Assembly: GCA_040954595.2 (NCBI GenBank)
Contig: CM082581.2
Coordinates: 6,316,699 to 6,380,698 of the forward strand
Origin: Balanoglossus misakiensis
Lineage: Eukaryota > Animalia > Hemichordata
Reading direction: 5' to 3'
DNA: 64,000 bases
Position 1 is the first letter of the stretch, and each line of letters starts with the position of its first letter. The notes under the pieces are model-generated. The model worked only from the letters and a program-made list of their open reading frames with translations, did no database searches and was not told where the DNA came from. The position numbers and the translations under genes are program-made. This document shows, piece by piece, positions 48,272 through 62,310 of this stretch.

Positions 48272-51200
48272 ATGGCGGCCAGAGAACAACCCGGTTACGA
48301 TTACGTTATAATCGGTGCTGGAAGCGCCGGTTGTGTTGTCGCAAACCGGTTATCAGAAGACGAGAGCACCAGTGTTCTGCTGCTAGAAGCTGGCCCCGAA
48401 GACACAAAACCGGAAATCCATGTTCCCGAAAAGCAGAAGAGTACTTTACAGACCGAAATTGATTGGCAATACCAGGTTAAGTCATAGACCCACTCCAGGG
48501 TCTACAGTTAAATTTATAAGGTCCCCTATGTCCCTTACATTTCTTGCTCTCTGCTTTAATTTAGAAGTTTCCTTTAGATGCTGCACGATTACTTAATACA
48601 TCGGCAAAATCTTGTTCTCCCCATGGAAGATTTCGATTCAAATGTTTTAAAGGTTATCGTCCCGGATGACCTACATGTATAGGCCTAAGCAAAGATGGCG
48701 TGAGTCTGGGTCACCGCAGTGTCGCTCTTATCACATACGTCTGAAAAATAGGCAGTATACATCTTATGTGAGGTTTTGTTGCAAATTATTAGCGCGATTT
48801 ACGTAATGCATACCATGGAATACTTTATTTTCATTGGAATTGATTTTTTTAATGATGGAAACTGTTGAAAACTACTGTGAATTGTATTTTCAATATTCTT
48901 GTCAACGTATGTATAAAGAATGGGTAACTTGATTTTAGCGGAGCATTCTGCAAGGAACACATGGCAAAAAACGTTATCTTTTTGTTGGTGCAAATTTCCA
49001 AATTTAGCACGATTACTATAGCGTTTTAATAACTTTATACATACAGTGTATAGCTTTTGCAATAACAACAGATTAATGCCCATTCGTAATACTTGAATGA
49101 ACGGTAAATTTTGTTTTTTTCATTCCAACTATATTTCCTATGCTTTAATCTGAAGACAGTTCCACAGAAACACGGATGCTTTGCTTTAAAAGACCATCGT
49201 TGCAACTGGAACAAAGGAAAGGTGAGTCTAATAGAAAACAAATCCTGGCTTTGACTGTTAAAACATACTAATGTAGCAAAACAATTGGTTTTATATACTG
49301 GGACTGATGATGCCCAGAAACCCCCATAAGAAATGAATGAAAAAATTGAAAACTTTTGTTGGTAAAATATGATCCAAAGCTAGGAATACCTGCATGTGTG
49401 GTTTTCAGGTTCTCGGAGGTACGAGCAGCATCAACGGTATGCAGTACGTGAGGGGCTGCAAGGAAGACTTCGATTCCTGGGCAAGACTTGGAGCTGAAGG
49501 GTGGAGCTACGACGAAGTGTTGCCATACTTTTTGAAGTCAGAAAATAACACGAAGTGAGTTTCGTCCTCATGAATTTGAGGATAGTATGATGCTCCTAGG
49601 TAATGTGACGCTGGTTGCATTATCGCAGGAGTATAGCATAAAGCAGTTTTATGATGTATATTTTTCCATCTGACAATTGTCCGCCTCATATTTGAACACC
49701 AACATGTGTACTTTCAAACATGCGTGTTGTATTTCAATCTGGTGAATTATTTTATACATAATTTTTAATGTATGTTCATTTTGATATTTAAAACGCGTTT
49801 CCTCAGTAAGGAATACGTAGGAAATGAATACCATTCTGAAGGAGGATATCTAACCGTATCTGACCTAACAGCTACTAGCAAGACGAGCGAGCTGATTATT
49901 GAAGGAGGTAACACTAATAAGTAATAAGTCAACGATTTATAATACGTTTGTGCGACCACATGTCACGTAAGTGTTTTACTGTAAAGGCATATAGTGTTAC
50001 CAATGCTGCTTCTGAAACGTTCATGTTGTTTTTTGGCCAGAAAGATACGTGGTTTTTCTTACTTTCTTACTGTTTCCTTTCTTCCCCCAGCCAAGGAATT
50101 GGGTTTCAAGCAAAATGACGTCAACAATTGTATTGATCCGGTAAGAGGCAATCTGTTTGTAATTTTAATAATATCGATATTTGTTCCCGTGGTATAAGGC
50201 TCACAAATAAATTATTTCATTTGTAGGTTGGCTTTAACTATATGCAAGCGACCATGAAAGATGGTAAACGATGCAGCACGGCCGATGCTTTTCTGAACCC
50301 AGTGAAGGAAAGGAAAAACCTGACAATCTGGACAGAATCTCTGGCAACAAAGGTAAAAAGTTATTTGCGTTATCATAATTTACTTCACCTGGACTCCGCG
50401 AGAAACGTTATGATATATCTGCAGCGGGTTGTATTGTGTTTCGGAAGTAAGCGTCTTTATAAAATAGATTTTGATCGGATTAGATCGGTGTATAGGGAAT
50501 GGCATATGTGCATCATGTGCATTTTCAGATCGTGTTCGACGGCAAGAAAGCAACCGCGGTTCTGATCTTGAAAAACGGCAAGGCTGACACAGTAAAGGTG
50601 CACAAAGAGGTTATTCTTTCTGCGGGATCCATAGCATCTCCTCAGGTAAATGAAGCGAATTTTAAGTACTGACATAAGTAACCAATGTCCATTTGTTACT
50701 ACGGTGTTTCTTCAGACAGACAGGCGGACAGGTACATTGTAAACAGACAAACGGACAGGAAGTGCTAAAAGATGAAGATTTGTTCGATGTATTTCTTGGT
50801 TTTTTGTTCACTTTATAACCTTCGTTTTTTAGTAAACGCTACATCAGGAGTGATAAACACACATTCCTTTCTTATAATCGAATTTAACGCGCCCTTCCAG
50901 AGTTTGCGGGGTATTTGGACCAGCTCCTTGACGTACAAGAATGCCTGACCAAAATTTTGTGATCAAAATTGCTGCCGCGATTAACCTACTAAATGCTATA
51001 ATTTCCCTAAAATATGCCTTCAGGTGCTCATGTTGTCTGGTGTAGGACCCCAAGATCATCTTCGTGACTTAGGAATACCTGTCGTTAGTGATTTGCCAGT
51101 GGGACAGAATCTGCAGGTATCAAAAGACTGGAAATTACATCTAATCACATGGACTCATACGTGGAACGACCCTACGACGTTTTCTTGTTGAAATGTCACA

Positions 51201-53723
51201 AGTAAAAACCGCTTCCCTATAAGATAGCCCGGTTCATATGTGCTTCACCGTCATCAGGCTTTGTGGACAGAGACTACCGTAAAATGTATATACATGTAAT
51301 ACGCCCGAAGAGGTGATCCTTATATAGTACATGCGTTTGTGACCTCTAGCTCTCCTGAATCAGCTCTTGGAAACTTTTATTTGACTTCAAGCTGTTTCTA
51401 ATAAAGTACCACTGTTTACGAGGGACTGTGATTTGTATCATAGGACGACGAAATAGTGGCAAAAAATTCATGTTTTAGTGTTTTTTTTCACAGGACCATA
51501 TCTTGGTATTGGTGAGATACAAAGGTAACGCTGGCGGCATTGGAAAGGTGCGTTAAATATAACCCTTTCCGCTGTTAATTATTTGCCTCGGGACATTCTA
51601 TTTCAGTGGCTGCGTGTATTAATTAAAAGTGCATTATGTGATGCTCACGTGGTTTGTTGGCGCAATACAAGTTTTTAATAAATCTACGTGAATGTATATG
51701 TTTATATTTTAGGACTGGGCCACAAATCATCTGGAAGTCTGCGGCTTCTTCAAAACAGAGGTAAGGCCGCGTGTTCATTACCTGGGAGAAACTATAAAAT
51801 GTTACTTTAATCACAAGCTACCATGTCCATTTCATACAATTACAGTGGCGATTTTTGAACATAATTTACGTCGAAATTGAAGCTTCTTGTGGTAATGAGT
51901 CTCTCAGTACGCTGATATATTTAGCTAATTTTAGCTTTTTTGGCAAGCCTGGACGTAAATTGTTAATTGCCAACTTTTCCATTATGCAAATGTTCAATAT
52001 ATATATCAGATATCGCTAGCACTCTTTTGTTCTATTTGTGCTTGCAATCATAAAGCAAAATCTTTGATAATCGCAACTTTTAAAGGCGCATACAAACTTT
52101 TCGCCTACGCTCTTCTTATTCGATCAACAAAACAGGAAGAACATCCCTGGCCTGACATACAATTATTCTACATACCAACGTACTACTGGGGAGGTTCTGG
52201 TGAAAAGACAGTATACAACATCAGCGAGCAGTGAGTATCGCCAACGTCATAGCTTTTGCGAATCTTATGCCTTAGAAGCGTTTGAATTGTGTCAACTACT
52301 CCAATTTTGTATTCGAGCCATTTTCCCATTTTGGCCGATATTATATCTCTCATTCAACCTGAGTTCTCTGTTATATAATATCATTTAACTGATATTATCC
52401 GCATGTATCTGTACACCAAGATCGTATACATGTATGTACAATGCGTATCTCGCATCACTACTCGCATCTTATCGTGCAACCCGTGATGTCAACTTTTTTT
52501 GACCAGATTTAGCAAAGCCCTGGAGCATACCGACGATGATGTGATGAATGCCACAGAGGGGATACTATTCTTTCCGGGACTACTTCACCCAAAAAGTGTT
52601 GGCGACATCAAACTTGCCAGTCAAAATCCATTGGATCATCCAATAATTGATCCCCACTATTTGGAGCAACAAGAAGACGTACAGACATTGTTAAAGGTGA
52701 GAATTAGCGCTGACCCGTGTCAAGTTTGAAATGACTGCTGATTTTCACTTTTCAACAACCGAGACCGAATTCTGATTGAGGTGTTTTCTCTCCATTTTAA
52801 AGAGCGTCCGTGTTATTCAGAAGTTGATGAATACTAAGGCTATGAAGGGTCACGGGTAAGTCTTATGAAATGGAAGTACGACAAACCATAGTGACATTTG
52901 TGATGTACAAAAGGATAAAGAGAGAGAGAGACAGGCACACAGCGGGAAAGAACCAGCGATATTCTGACACAGACAGGCACAGTTATCAGACTAATGGGAG
53001 GAGGACCAGTGTACCCCAATCTGATTAAAATCAGATGTAGAGTTGGTTCGATCTTTGCATTTTATTGTTCTTTGCAGAGGTTCGCCATATCCATACACAC
53101 AGACAGCAAATTACAAGCAAATGCAAACAATCTAGCCAATACTACATTTAATTTAAATTTTACCACATTGAGTACACCGAAACCACACTCTGACTCTAGT
53201 TCTCCTTACAGAATAATTCCGTCATATTTCAAGTTCGACAACTGCCCCCACGAGGTGGACAGCGATGCATACTGGGAACACGTCATTCGTCACTTAACAC
53301 TTACAGTATGGCACCAAGTAGGGACTTGTAAAATGGGAGCCTCTGATGACCCATCTGCCGTGGTTGATCCGTGCCTCAGGTAACATTCCCATGTGACTCT
53401 ATTCGTGTACATGCATTGAAGAAATGTCGTTCATTCTAGACTAAAAGAATGGCGAAGTGATGTTTTTCCTCAAAGCCTGTTGTATAGCAAGACTTGGCAA
53501 CTTCCTTGTAACGTTGTTTAACTATCGTCAATTTTCATTCGTAGAAAATTGTGTATTCTTGCATATAATGCGAACACTTCATTTCTGTTTCAGAGTCCGC
53601 GGACTAGACAACGTCCGTGTTGCGGATGCTTCCATCATGCCACACCTGACATCTGGCAATACAAACGCCCCTTGCATAATGATCGGTGAAAAGGCTGCAG
53701 ATTTGATTAAACAAGACATGTGA
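48272..53723 (+). CDS. GMC oxidoreductase 7, 15 coding exons (recent duplicate of GMC6)
   Basis: Exons, introns and 3' flank align closely to GMC6; [32 protein letters not shown]. Confidence 0.92.
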
Positions 53724-54135
53724 TGTAGAGATCATGAAGTGTATTCTGATCAAGATTTTCGAGACATTGACCACTCTGAATATATTGTTCTTTAATTCGA
53801 GATACCTCTATCATGACGCCCCCTCAACCTTGCAGAGCAAAGGCAAAAGCCATTATATCTGGAAAGGTTTCGGATTTGATTAAGCAAACAATGCGATTTT
53901 TTGCGCTAAAACAAGTGGAAGAAGAGATGTATCTTAAATAAAAATAAAAACAGCTATATCTGCATAGTATCACTGACTTCATATAGCCATAGCCTAGTTT
54001 ATGTAATACACAGCATGTCTGGTTAGGCCTATATATATATCAGGAACGGGGGCAAAATGCGGGTCATACCCTTTTGCAGCAGGTATATGTCAACGCACAA
54101 GACATGGACGGATAATAGTGTGTGTATGCAACACG

Positions 54136-55959
54136 CAGTCAGATCGCACGGCATTCATTAACATATGCAAATGAAGAAAGTACTTCAAACCATGTAGCCG
54201 TTAGAGTGGGCCCCGCTGAAGGGTCGCGAAATAGGCCATTTTTTTACTCGATATTATAGAGCTGTTTTCAGGCGATGTGGATTATTTTAAGACAAAACCG
54301 TGGATTCACTTGAAGGTAGGTATACTGGATTGTTACTGAATGATTTTTTGGCAACTTCTGTCGAGTAGTTTCTTTGTAATCACGAAATTTCTGACGACTG
54401 TGAAAAAACACATAGCGTTGACATCCTCTCGATTATTTTTAAGCTGACCGTTACACATGGATTTTACCACGAAATTTCAAACTTTTATCAAAATATAGAC
54501 ATCAAACTCCCTCTCTTTGAGTTTTCATTCACTTCCAAGCTTTGATAGTGACGATATGACCAGTTCAATTTTGTTTACCTTTCAACCTGTGAGCGCCATT
54601 TTGTTTACTTTTCAACCCGTGAGCGCCACTTCTTCTGCAAAATGGCGGGAGAAGACAGCATGCATGTGTACGTATATACGCTGGCGCAGGCTTGATCCTG
54701 GGTTGTACCAGCTGCGTAGTTTTCCCTCCTCTCTCGTGCGAAGAAATTTTGATTGCTGATATGTAATCCCGAGTTTTACTAAACCCTAACAATTATTTTA
54801 TGAAGGTTTGCCCGTCAAGGAAGCTCACTTTTTTTAATTTTATTGTTCTTTCAGATTGATGAAGACTGATTTTTGTGGTGGTGGTGTTGCAGTTGACTGT
54901 TTTATTTTAGCTGTCTGAGTTGACAATTTATTCTGTATTTTATTGTATTTTTAACTCTTTATCCTGTATTTTGTAGTAGTATTTTGAACACTGTTTAATA
55001 AATAAATTACTATTATTATTATTTATCGACCCAATGCAGTGATGACAAATCGCTCGCCTTCAGACACAAATGTTGTATTTATTGCATATATCATCGGCGA
55101 ATAAAGGGAAGTGGTTTCGAAGTTACACTTGGCATTTTCGAAAAGTCTACTTATATCCCACGATGCGGAGAAAAAAATATATACTAAATACGTCAGCTGA
55201 GCTCCTCACGTACGGTAAACCTGGCATTCTGTGCATGGGTAATCAAATATTTGTTTGTAGCCCAATGTAGGCGAACGACGTGGAGCACCCGGGCGCGGCA
55301 CTCGTGCGATTGATCGATGTTGTGTCGAAATCAGGCCAGTAATTAAGTTAAAACTTGGCTGATATGTTACCTTAGAGTGTTATACACTATCCAGTAACTT
55401 TTACTTGACAAGTGTCTTTTAGAAACTGTTTTCCCCACGATAAACGTGTCGTTTCACGAGCAACGCAACACTTCCGTATTTACAAGCCTAACATGGAGAG
55501 GTCAACGTAGGGCCTATACTTCCGGGTCATATCGTCGAACTACATCGATTATTTTTAAGCTGACCGTTACACAAGCATTTCGAGTTAATTTCTTTTCACG
55601 GATGTTGGGACCGATATTAGACCTATCTGTCACGAAAACTTGGTTAACTTCCGAGGTCGTCTTCAAATGATTTTTGGCACGTTTGTGGACGTCTTTTCCG
55701 AGGTCACCAACATACCACCGAAAACACGCTAAAAACTACTACTATTACCGACAGATTCTCATAAAATTTACGTCTGCAGTGCAAAATAGGAATCACTTTC
55801 GAAATTTATCGAGCTAGCATGGTATTTTATTGTACCACGGAGTGTAAAAATCAAGTTGAAAATCACCTTGAAAACTGGCCTATTGCCGTCTGTTTGAAAA
55901 TTAACGGTCGCTGGCTTGACGAACTTTCATATGCAAATGAGCACCGTGCGATCTGACTG
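54136..55959. mobile_element. 1.8-kb non-autonomous DNA transposon with terminal inverted repeats
   Basis: Perfect 16-bp TIR CAGTCAGATCGCACGG / CCGTGCGATCTGACTG, extending imperfectly inward. Flanked by CACG direct repeats (54132-54135, 55960-55963); the empty paralogous site is visible at ~48097-48110 (CAACACGCATTCGC). Internal 29-bp direct repeat at ~54429 and ~55545. No transposase ORF. Confidence 0.9.
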
Positions 55960-56038
55960 CACGCATTCGCATGACATGACTTCATGACCTTCACTAACCA
56001 GTTTGACCCCGAAGTGGAGTTCATATGTCATAACCAAT

Positions 56039-59000
56039 ATGGCCGCCAGTGGAGAAGCAGACGCGTACGATTATATCATTGTGGGCGCTGGTAGCTCGGG
56101 CTGTGTTCTCGCAAACCGTTTATCGGAAGATGAGAACACCAGCGTCTTGCTGCTGGAGGCTGGTCCAGACGACACCATGCCAGAAATCCATGCCCCAGAA
56201 GAGATGATGCAACTTATGTTGTCTGACGTCGATTGGCAATACCAGGTGAGAAAACATACAGTAGAAATCCACCAAGACATTGGCCAGCAGACGTTCTATC
56301 TCGTCCCTCAATCCCGTCCCTATATCGTCGTCTCATCTCCAAAAATCTTACGATTCATCTGTTAATCACTCTGCTGACGTTGTCAACTATCAACAGAATC
56401 ATTATAGTCATATTCTAAAAAAAATAATAAAACGGTATAAATGTATATTTTGCAGACAGTTCCACAGAAACACGCATGCTTTGCTATGAGGGACCATCGT
56501 TCTTATTGGCACAAAGGGAAGGTGAGTCGATCAAAATAAGTATATCACTGCATACGATGACCATCCCTGCTATAAAAAGGGCGAAGAACATTTATTTTTC
56601 CAGGTGAACCTGGATTAGATCACACTGTACAATTTTTACCATGGCTTCCAGGTCCTTGGAGGTTCCAGCAGCATCAACGCTATGCAGTATGTGAGGGGAT
56701 GCAAAGAAGACTACGATTCCTGGGCAAGACTGGGAGCTAAAGGATGGAGCTACGACGAAGTACTTCCGTACTTTTTGAAATCAGAAAACCAGACAAAGTA
56801 AGCCTGTGTAAGAATTTAGAAAACACTCAATATCGGTTGCAAATAAATGTTCATGTATGCAGTATATACCATTACATAAAACCTGACACTAGGCAAGCGA
56901 AAATAATTACACTAAACCTAAATAATATTATTTTTGAGCAATATTACTATCTCCTGACTGTCCAGACTCCTGCCTATTTAGGTCGGAAAGGCTGTTCAAA
57001 GGTTGCCCCTCCCCTTATTGAACTGTCTGTGAACCCACGAGACCCATAAGTCATGCAGCTGTTGCTACAGAAAGTTTCCCTCCCCCGGGAAATATAATAT
57101 ATGTGCCGCGTATAAGGAAGTAACTGCAATAAGCTGGGAGGGAGTACTGGCACTCACCTGAACATACAGGCACTCGACTTCAGACTTCGCCACCCGAGCC
57201 CTAGATTATCGTCTGCATTTAAAAAGCCAGCATCCCTTGAGGGCGCTGTCTTGAGACAACGTAATGTTGCTAATTTGAATGTACCCCAAAATACCCATTT
57301 TCTATTTAAAGTTACTTTGTTATTACAAGTGGACTTTTTTCATAGAGAGGAATACACAGAACGTGAATACCATTCTAAAGGAGGGCTACTGACCGTATCT
57401 GATCTACCTCAGATATGCGAAACCAGCAAACTCGTAATTGAAGCAGGTAATTACATATCCAAAATTTATCATAAATATAGTCCATACTTCAAATCAAGTT
57501 TGATGTAGTCACCTAAGTCAAGGCACTGTTTTATTATGGTGAAATTAAACAAATAATTATACTTAGGTACAGTAATGACCATGATTCTTTGATAACAAAA
57601 TAAAAAGCGGATTGAGCTGCACAGAAAGAATGTACTGACCATCTAATAGTCATTATCATCGTAAATCACTTGCATATATGATATCATTAACAATTTTGTC
57701 ATTGTTCATGCAGCTAAGGAGCTGGGTTGCAGGATACATGATGTGAACAACTGTGTTGATACGGTAAGAAAAACAACAACAATCTTTCTTTTCTTTTAAA
57801 TATTACGTTTCAAAAATACAGCATTGATGAAAATAATTTATAATATTACGTTTTAGGTGTGCTATGCCTCCTTACAAATGACCATGAAAGATAATAAGCG
57901 ATGCAGCACAGCCGTTGCATTTCTGAACCCAGCAAAGGGGAGGAAAAACCTGACAATCTGGACAGAATCTATCGCGACAAAAGTAAGGATTAGATTTTGC
58001 ACAGTTGCTTCCTACGTTCACACGGCATTTGCTTGTCGTGCACGGTATTTTGCAGCGGGTGGGCGCGGCAAGGCATGCATGCATGCATTATTGTGATGAC
58101 ATTAAGCCAGTCAAGTTACGGATGGGTATCGTTCATTGAATGCGAATAGCAGATATACGCCTGTAGCAGGTTTACATATTAGTCGTGCCTGAATGTGAGT
58201 CTGACGCGTATCTGCAGATCGTTTTCGAGGACAAGAAAGCGACCACGGTTGAGATTTTGAGGAGTGGCAAGAGCAACACAGTAAAGGTGCAGAAGGAAGT
58301 GGTCTTGTCAGCGGGAAGCATAGGATCTCCTCAGGTAATGAACTTTAATATGAACACCGTATGCACATTCCTATACTCTTGCAGTGCAGTTTCACGGGCG
58401 ATGCGTGTTGCTTTTGCGTACTGAAGTGGTCCGTCAAGACAGACATGCGTTGCTTAAATGCCACAGACGTTCGCATTCATGACGTTTCTCTCGCATTTGC
58501 GTTCCTTTCAGCTGCTTATGCTGTCAGGCGTGGGACCCCGGGATCATCTTCAAGCTATGGACATACCTGTTGTGTGCGATCTTCAGGTTGGAGAGAATTT
58601 ACAGGTAATATTATATTCCAACCATAAAGGCACATGTGAGGGCGATACATATTAAATTGTGATTCTGTTTGTTTTGCAAAACATCATAAGTTGGCTTATC
58701 CTACATGGGCACTCACTATATATATGAACAATACCTTGACCACTTCTACCCATGATCTGTGTTTTGTATCTGCCTTCATTATACATTAATAAACTAAGGT
58801 AAAAAGGTAACTTTGCTTCACACACAGGATCACATCATGACCATGGTGAAATATAAAGGCAATGTAGGCGGTATTGGGCAGGTACGTTTACACCAGAGAA
58901 CCAGTGTAATAGAAGAAGAGGACCCAATATAAATCCGTTTTTAATCATGGTCTGCACTCCTAATATCCACGATTATCGCCAAAAGTAAATTATGCCACTA

Positions 59001-61478
59001 TATATAAATACTCACTTTCTCGTCGTTTTTGTCATATTTCAGGATTGGGTCACAAATTGTCTTGAGGTTTGCGGGTTTATCAAAACTCTGGTAAGAAACT
59101 TAACGTCAGACTCCTTGGCCAGGTTAAAATTATCCACGCTATGTGGAGAATGAGTTAGTACATTACACGCGCATGTCTGTAAAGTTTTGATCGCCAAAGG
59201 GGAATTGAGATTACGTCTACATGTATGATATCTAGCAGTCTATTATTTTTTTTTTAATTTCACTATATGTTGCTCAATTTACAAAACAGGAAGAACTGCC
59301 GTGGCCCGACATCCAAGCAAATTACTCACCTTTTTATAATTTTATGGGAAGTAATGAAAAGAGAAAAATTAACATCAGCGAGGAGTGAGTATTGCCCATA
59401 TGATATTTACTTTAATGGTTCGGGTTCTGAGGCGGAAGATCTCTCAGTGGTAAATTAATTTTGTTTCGCAGAATTTATGCCAGTTATTCATTCCCACACT
59501 ATGTTCTGTTATAGGCATAACTACTTCAATCGAGATGTAATATGGGGGTCCCTGTATGACGTTTCTGAAACGTTTCAGATCAAAAACTGTCGTTAATTAT
59601 TATATGTGTACGGTTTAAGTGGTCCTGAAACGTCTCGGATTTGAGACGGCTTTGCCAGCCACACCTGAGCCGGTGTAAGGATTAACACCTCTCCGCAACC
59701 CATTGCCGGGGCCGAGCCTATACATAAACTGTGTGTGTGTGGACACGAGGCGACTCAAATGATTAAAGCTCTGTGTTTACCATAGGCAAATAGTGTCTCA
59801 AATTTTACCCTGTGTGAACCTGGTATAATAATAATGTTGAAAGTTCCCGGCCTTTATTTATTTACACATGTACTGATACCAACAATGGAATTCCCTTTGT
59901 TCCAATTTTCGAACCAGATTCAGCGAAACTTTTGAATGGCACGACGATGCAGTGATGGATTCCGCCGAGGGGTTAATCTTCTTTCCAGGACTGCTTCACC
60001 CGAAGAGTGTTGGTAACATCAAACTTGCTAGTCGAAATCCGCTGGACTATCCCCTTATTGATCCTCACTATTTGGAAGATCAAGAGGACGTACAAACTAT
60101 TATAAGGGTGAGAATTTATATCCAAAGCATACATTTCCGCTTAGGCCAAAATAAAAAAAAATATGTGCTGTTCCGATTACCCGACCCACCCTAATTTTTT
60201 AAACTTTTTAGAGTTTCGTAAACCCGGAAGTGAAATAACGATGTCAAATATACAAAAATTATGAAAATTGCGCAAATCACGCGAGAACTAGGACGAAATC
60301 GGGCGCATCACGCAAGAACTATGACGTCACTCTTCTACACTACGGCGGCAAGATAAATAAAATACTCGCAAAATAAAAATAATCCTTACCTACCTACCCT
60401 ATTTTTGAAAACCATGTAATCGGAACAGCACATATTACTTTTTTGGCCTTATAATTTTTAAATGCGTCATGTGACACTTTGTTCTGATTCAGGTATTTTC
60501 TTTTCATTCTTCCAGGGAGTTCGTTTTATGCAGAAACTGATGAATACCAACGCTATGAAGGGTCATGGGTATATATTTCTGATAAAACTTATTTCATGAT
60601 GTATAGACAGGGAGAGCGAAATGTTTCTTTTTAATCAGTATTTTTCGTTTCGTGTACATTTGCTTTTTCTCCACCCTATAGTATTCTAAAATATCAAATT
60701 TTTCTGCTCGTTCACAAGTCATGTGTATGTTTTCAGACCAAAGCTATTGTTGACAAATAGAAATTAATACAATACTACTGATTATTCTCACAACGCTATG
60801 CATGCTGGGAAGATTAATACTTAGATTGTGTCCTTCTTTTAGGACAAGAAACCGTATAGCACAGGAAGAATAACCATGGCCAGCGGTGGGGCTTTAATGC
60901 TTCTTCTTATATATGACTTCTGTTCACTTGATTTAGCATTACTCCGGTGTTTTTGAAGTTTCCAAATTGCTCCCACGAAATAGACAGCGATGGATATTGG
61001 GAACACGTCATTCGTCACATAACGATGACTATTTGGCACCCAGTGGGCACTTGCAAGATGGGCGCGTCTTGTGATCCCTCTGCAGTGGTTGACCCGTGTC
61101 TCAGGTGATATTCTCATTGCAAGATATCTTTTTTTGCTTTTTATGTGTAATTTTCTTCGTCTACACTAACATTGGTTACAATATGGTGGAAGTAGGGCCC
61201 TGTTTAATTGTTTAATAGGTACAATCATCATCCTTGCACTTTCATACTTAACTGGAAAATAACTCAAAGCCCTTTGTCTAATGTACATGTTTGTCATCAA
61301 TGTTAACTGGTTTTAACATTAAAATGTTGTTTTTTCCTGTTGATTCAGAGTTCAAGGATTGGACAACGTACGTGTTGCGGATGCCTCCATCATGCCGCAC
61401 CTACCATCTGGAAATACAAACGCCCCCTGCATCATGATCGCCGAAAAGGCTGCCGACTTGATCAAGCATAACGCGTGA
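56039..61478 (+). CDS. GMC oxidoreductase 8, 15 coding exons
   Basis: Intact; [38 protein letters not shown]; ends KHNA-stop. Confidence 0.92.
60144..60448. mobile_element. MITE, PIF/Harbinger-like
   Basis: Inverted ends GGCCAAAA..AATATGTGCTGTTCCGATTAC / GTAATCGGAACAGCACATATT..TTTTGGCC flanked by a TTA 3-bp target-site duplication; lies in GMC8 intron 12. Confidence 0.85.
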
Positions 61479-62310
61479 TTTTGGACCTCAAAGAAAACCA
61501 TAGATCGAATCAACATTGCAACGTTGCCATAGAAATCATGTTGTAGGCCCCATATGTGATATTCTATATGCATCACTAACTGTAGTTCTTAAAATAACAA
61601 CCAAATGTCTGTTTTGAGTCGCGTTGTGGACGGTATCGTGGTATACATTTGTATGTATAGGGTGAATACTTAGAGACGTGAAACGATTACGTATTCGTGG
61701 TCACAACAATTTATAGTGAATCTATATTGTTGATTGTTTCTTCCTGGCAACAAGTCTTTTGGTTTGTGAAATATCCATATTTCCAATAAAAAACGTGGTG
61801 TCTTAATCCAGGGCACGTAGTCTGCAGGCGTGGGTTTTATTTATCAAAAAGGTACAAGACAGTGGCCGACATCACTACAACTAACCATAACCTCGAACTA
61901 CTAAACGTGAGGCGGTATGGTTTTGCTCCTTGAAGTATGACCACATGCGCATCGAGATATATGTTTCATTTGTGGTTTAGTGTCACCTCATTTAAGGACT
62001 TCTGTTGTCAGAACAACTGACCTTGTACATTTAATATTTTTACGAGGACTGGACAATATCACCGTGATTCACACGTCCTTGGTATCAGGGACGAGCCCGA
62101 GCTCCCTCCCCAAGTTATGCAGCAACATTGTGAACCACACTAACCTCGGCAAACTAGTTCCCCTTGGACGCTGGCATATATTACCTTCAAAATAGAACGA
62201 CCCAAAATTTACCATTGTTTACTAATGCTCCCGGCCATGCCAGTCCAATGACATGTGCACACGAGTGGCCTTGGTGACCTACATGCAAGCGTGTCACCAG
62301 ACGCTTCAAC

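Noticed and set aside
42268-54135. GMC6/GMC7 as an uncollapsed haplotype artefact
   Set aside because: A defined chimeric junction, many indels, a conversion tract and a copy-specific transposon favour a true tandem duplication; long reads would be needed to exclude an artefact fully.
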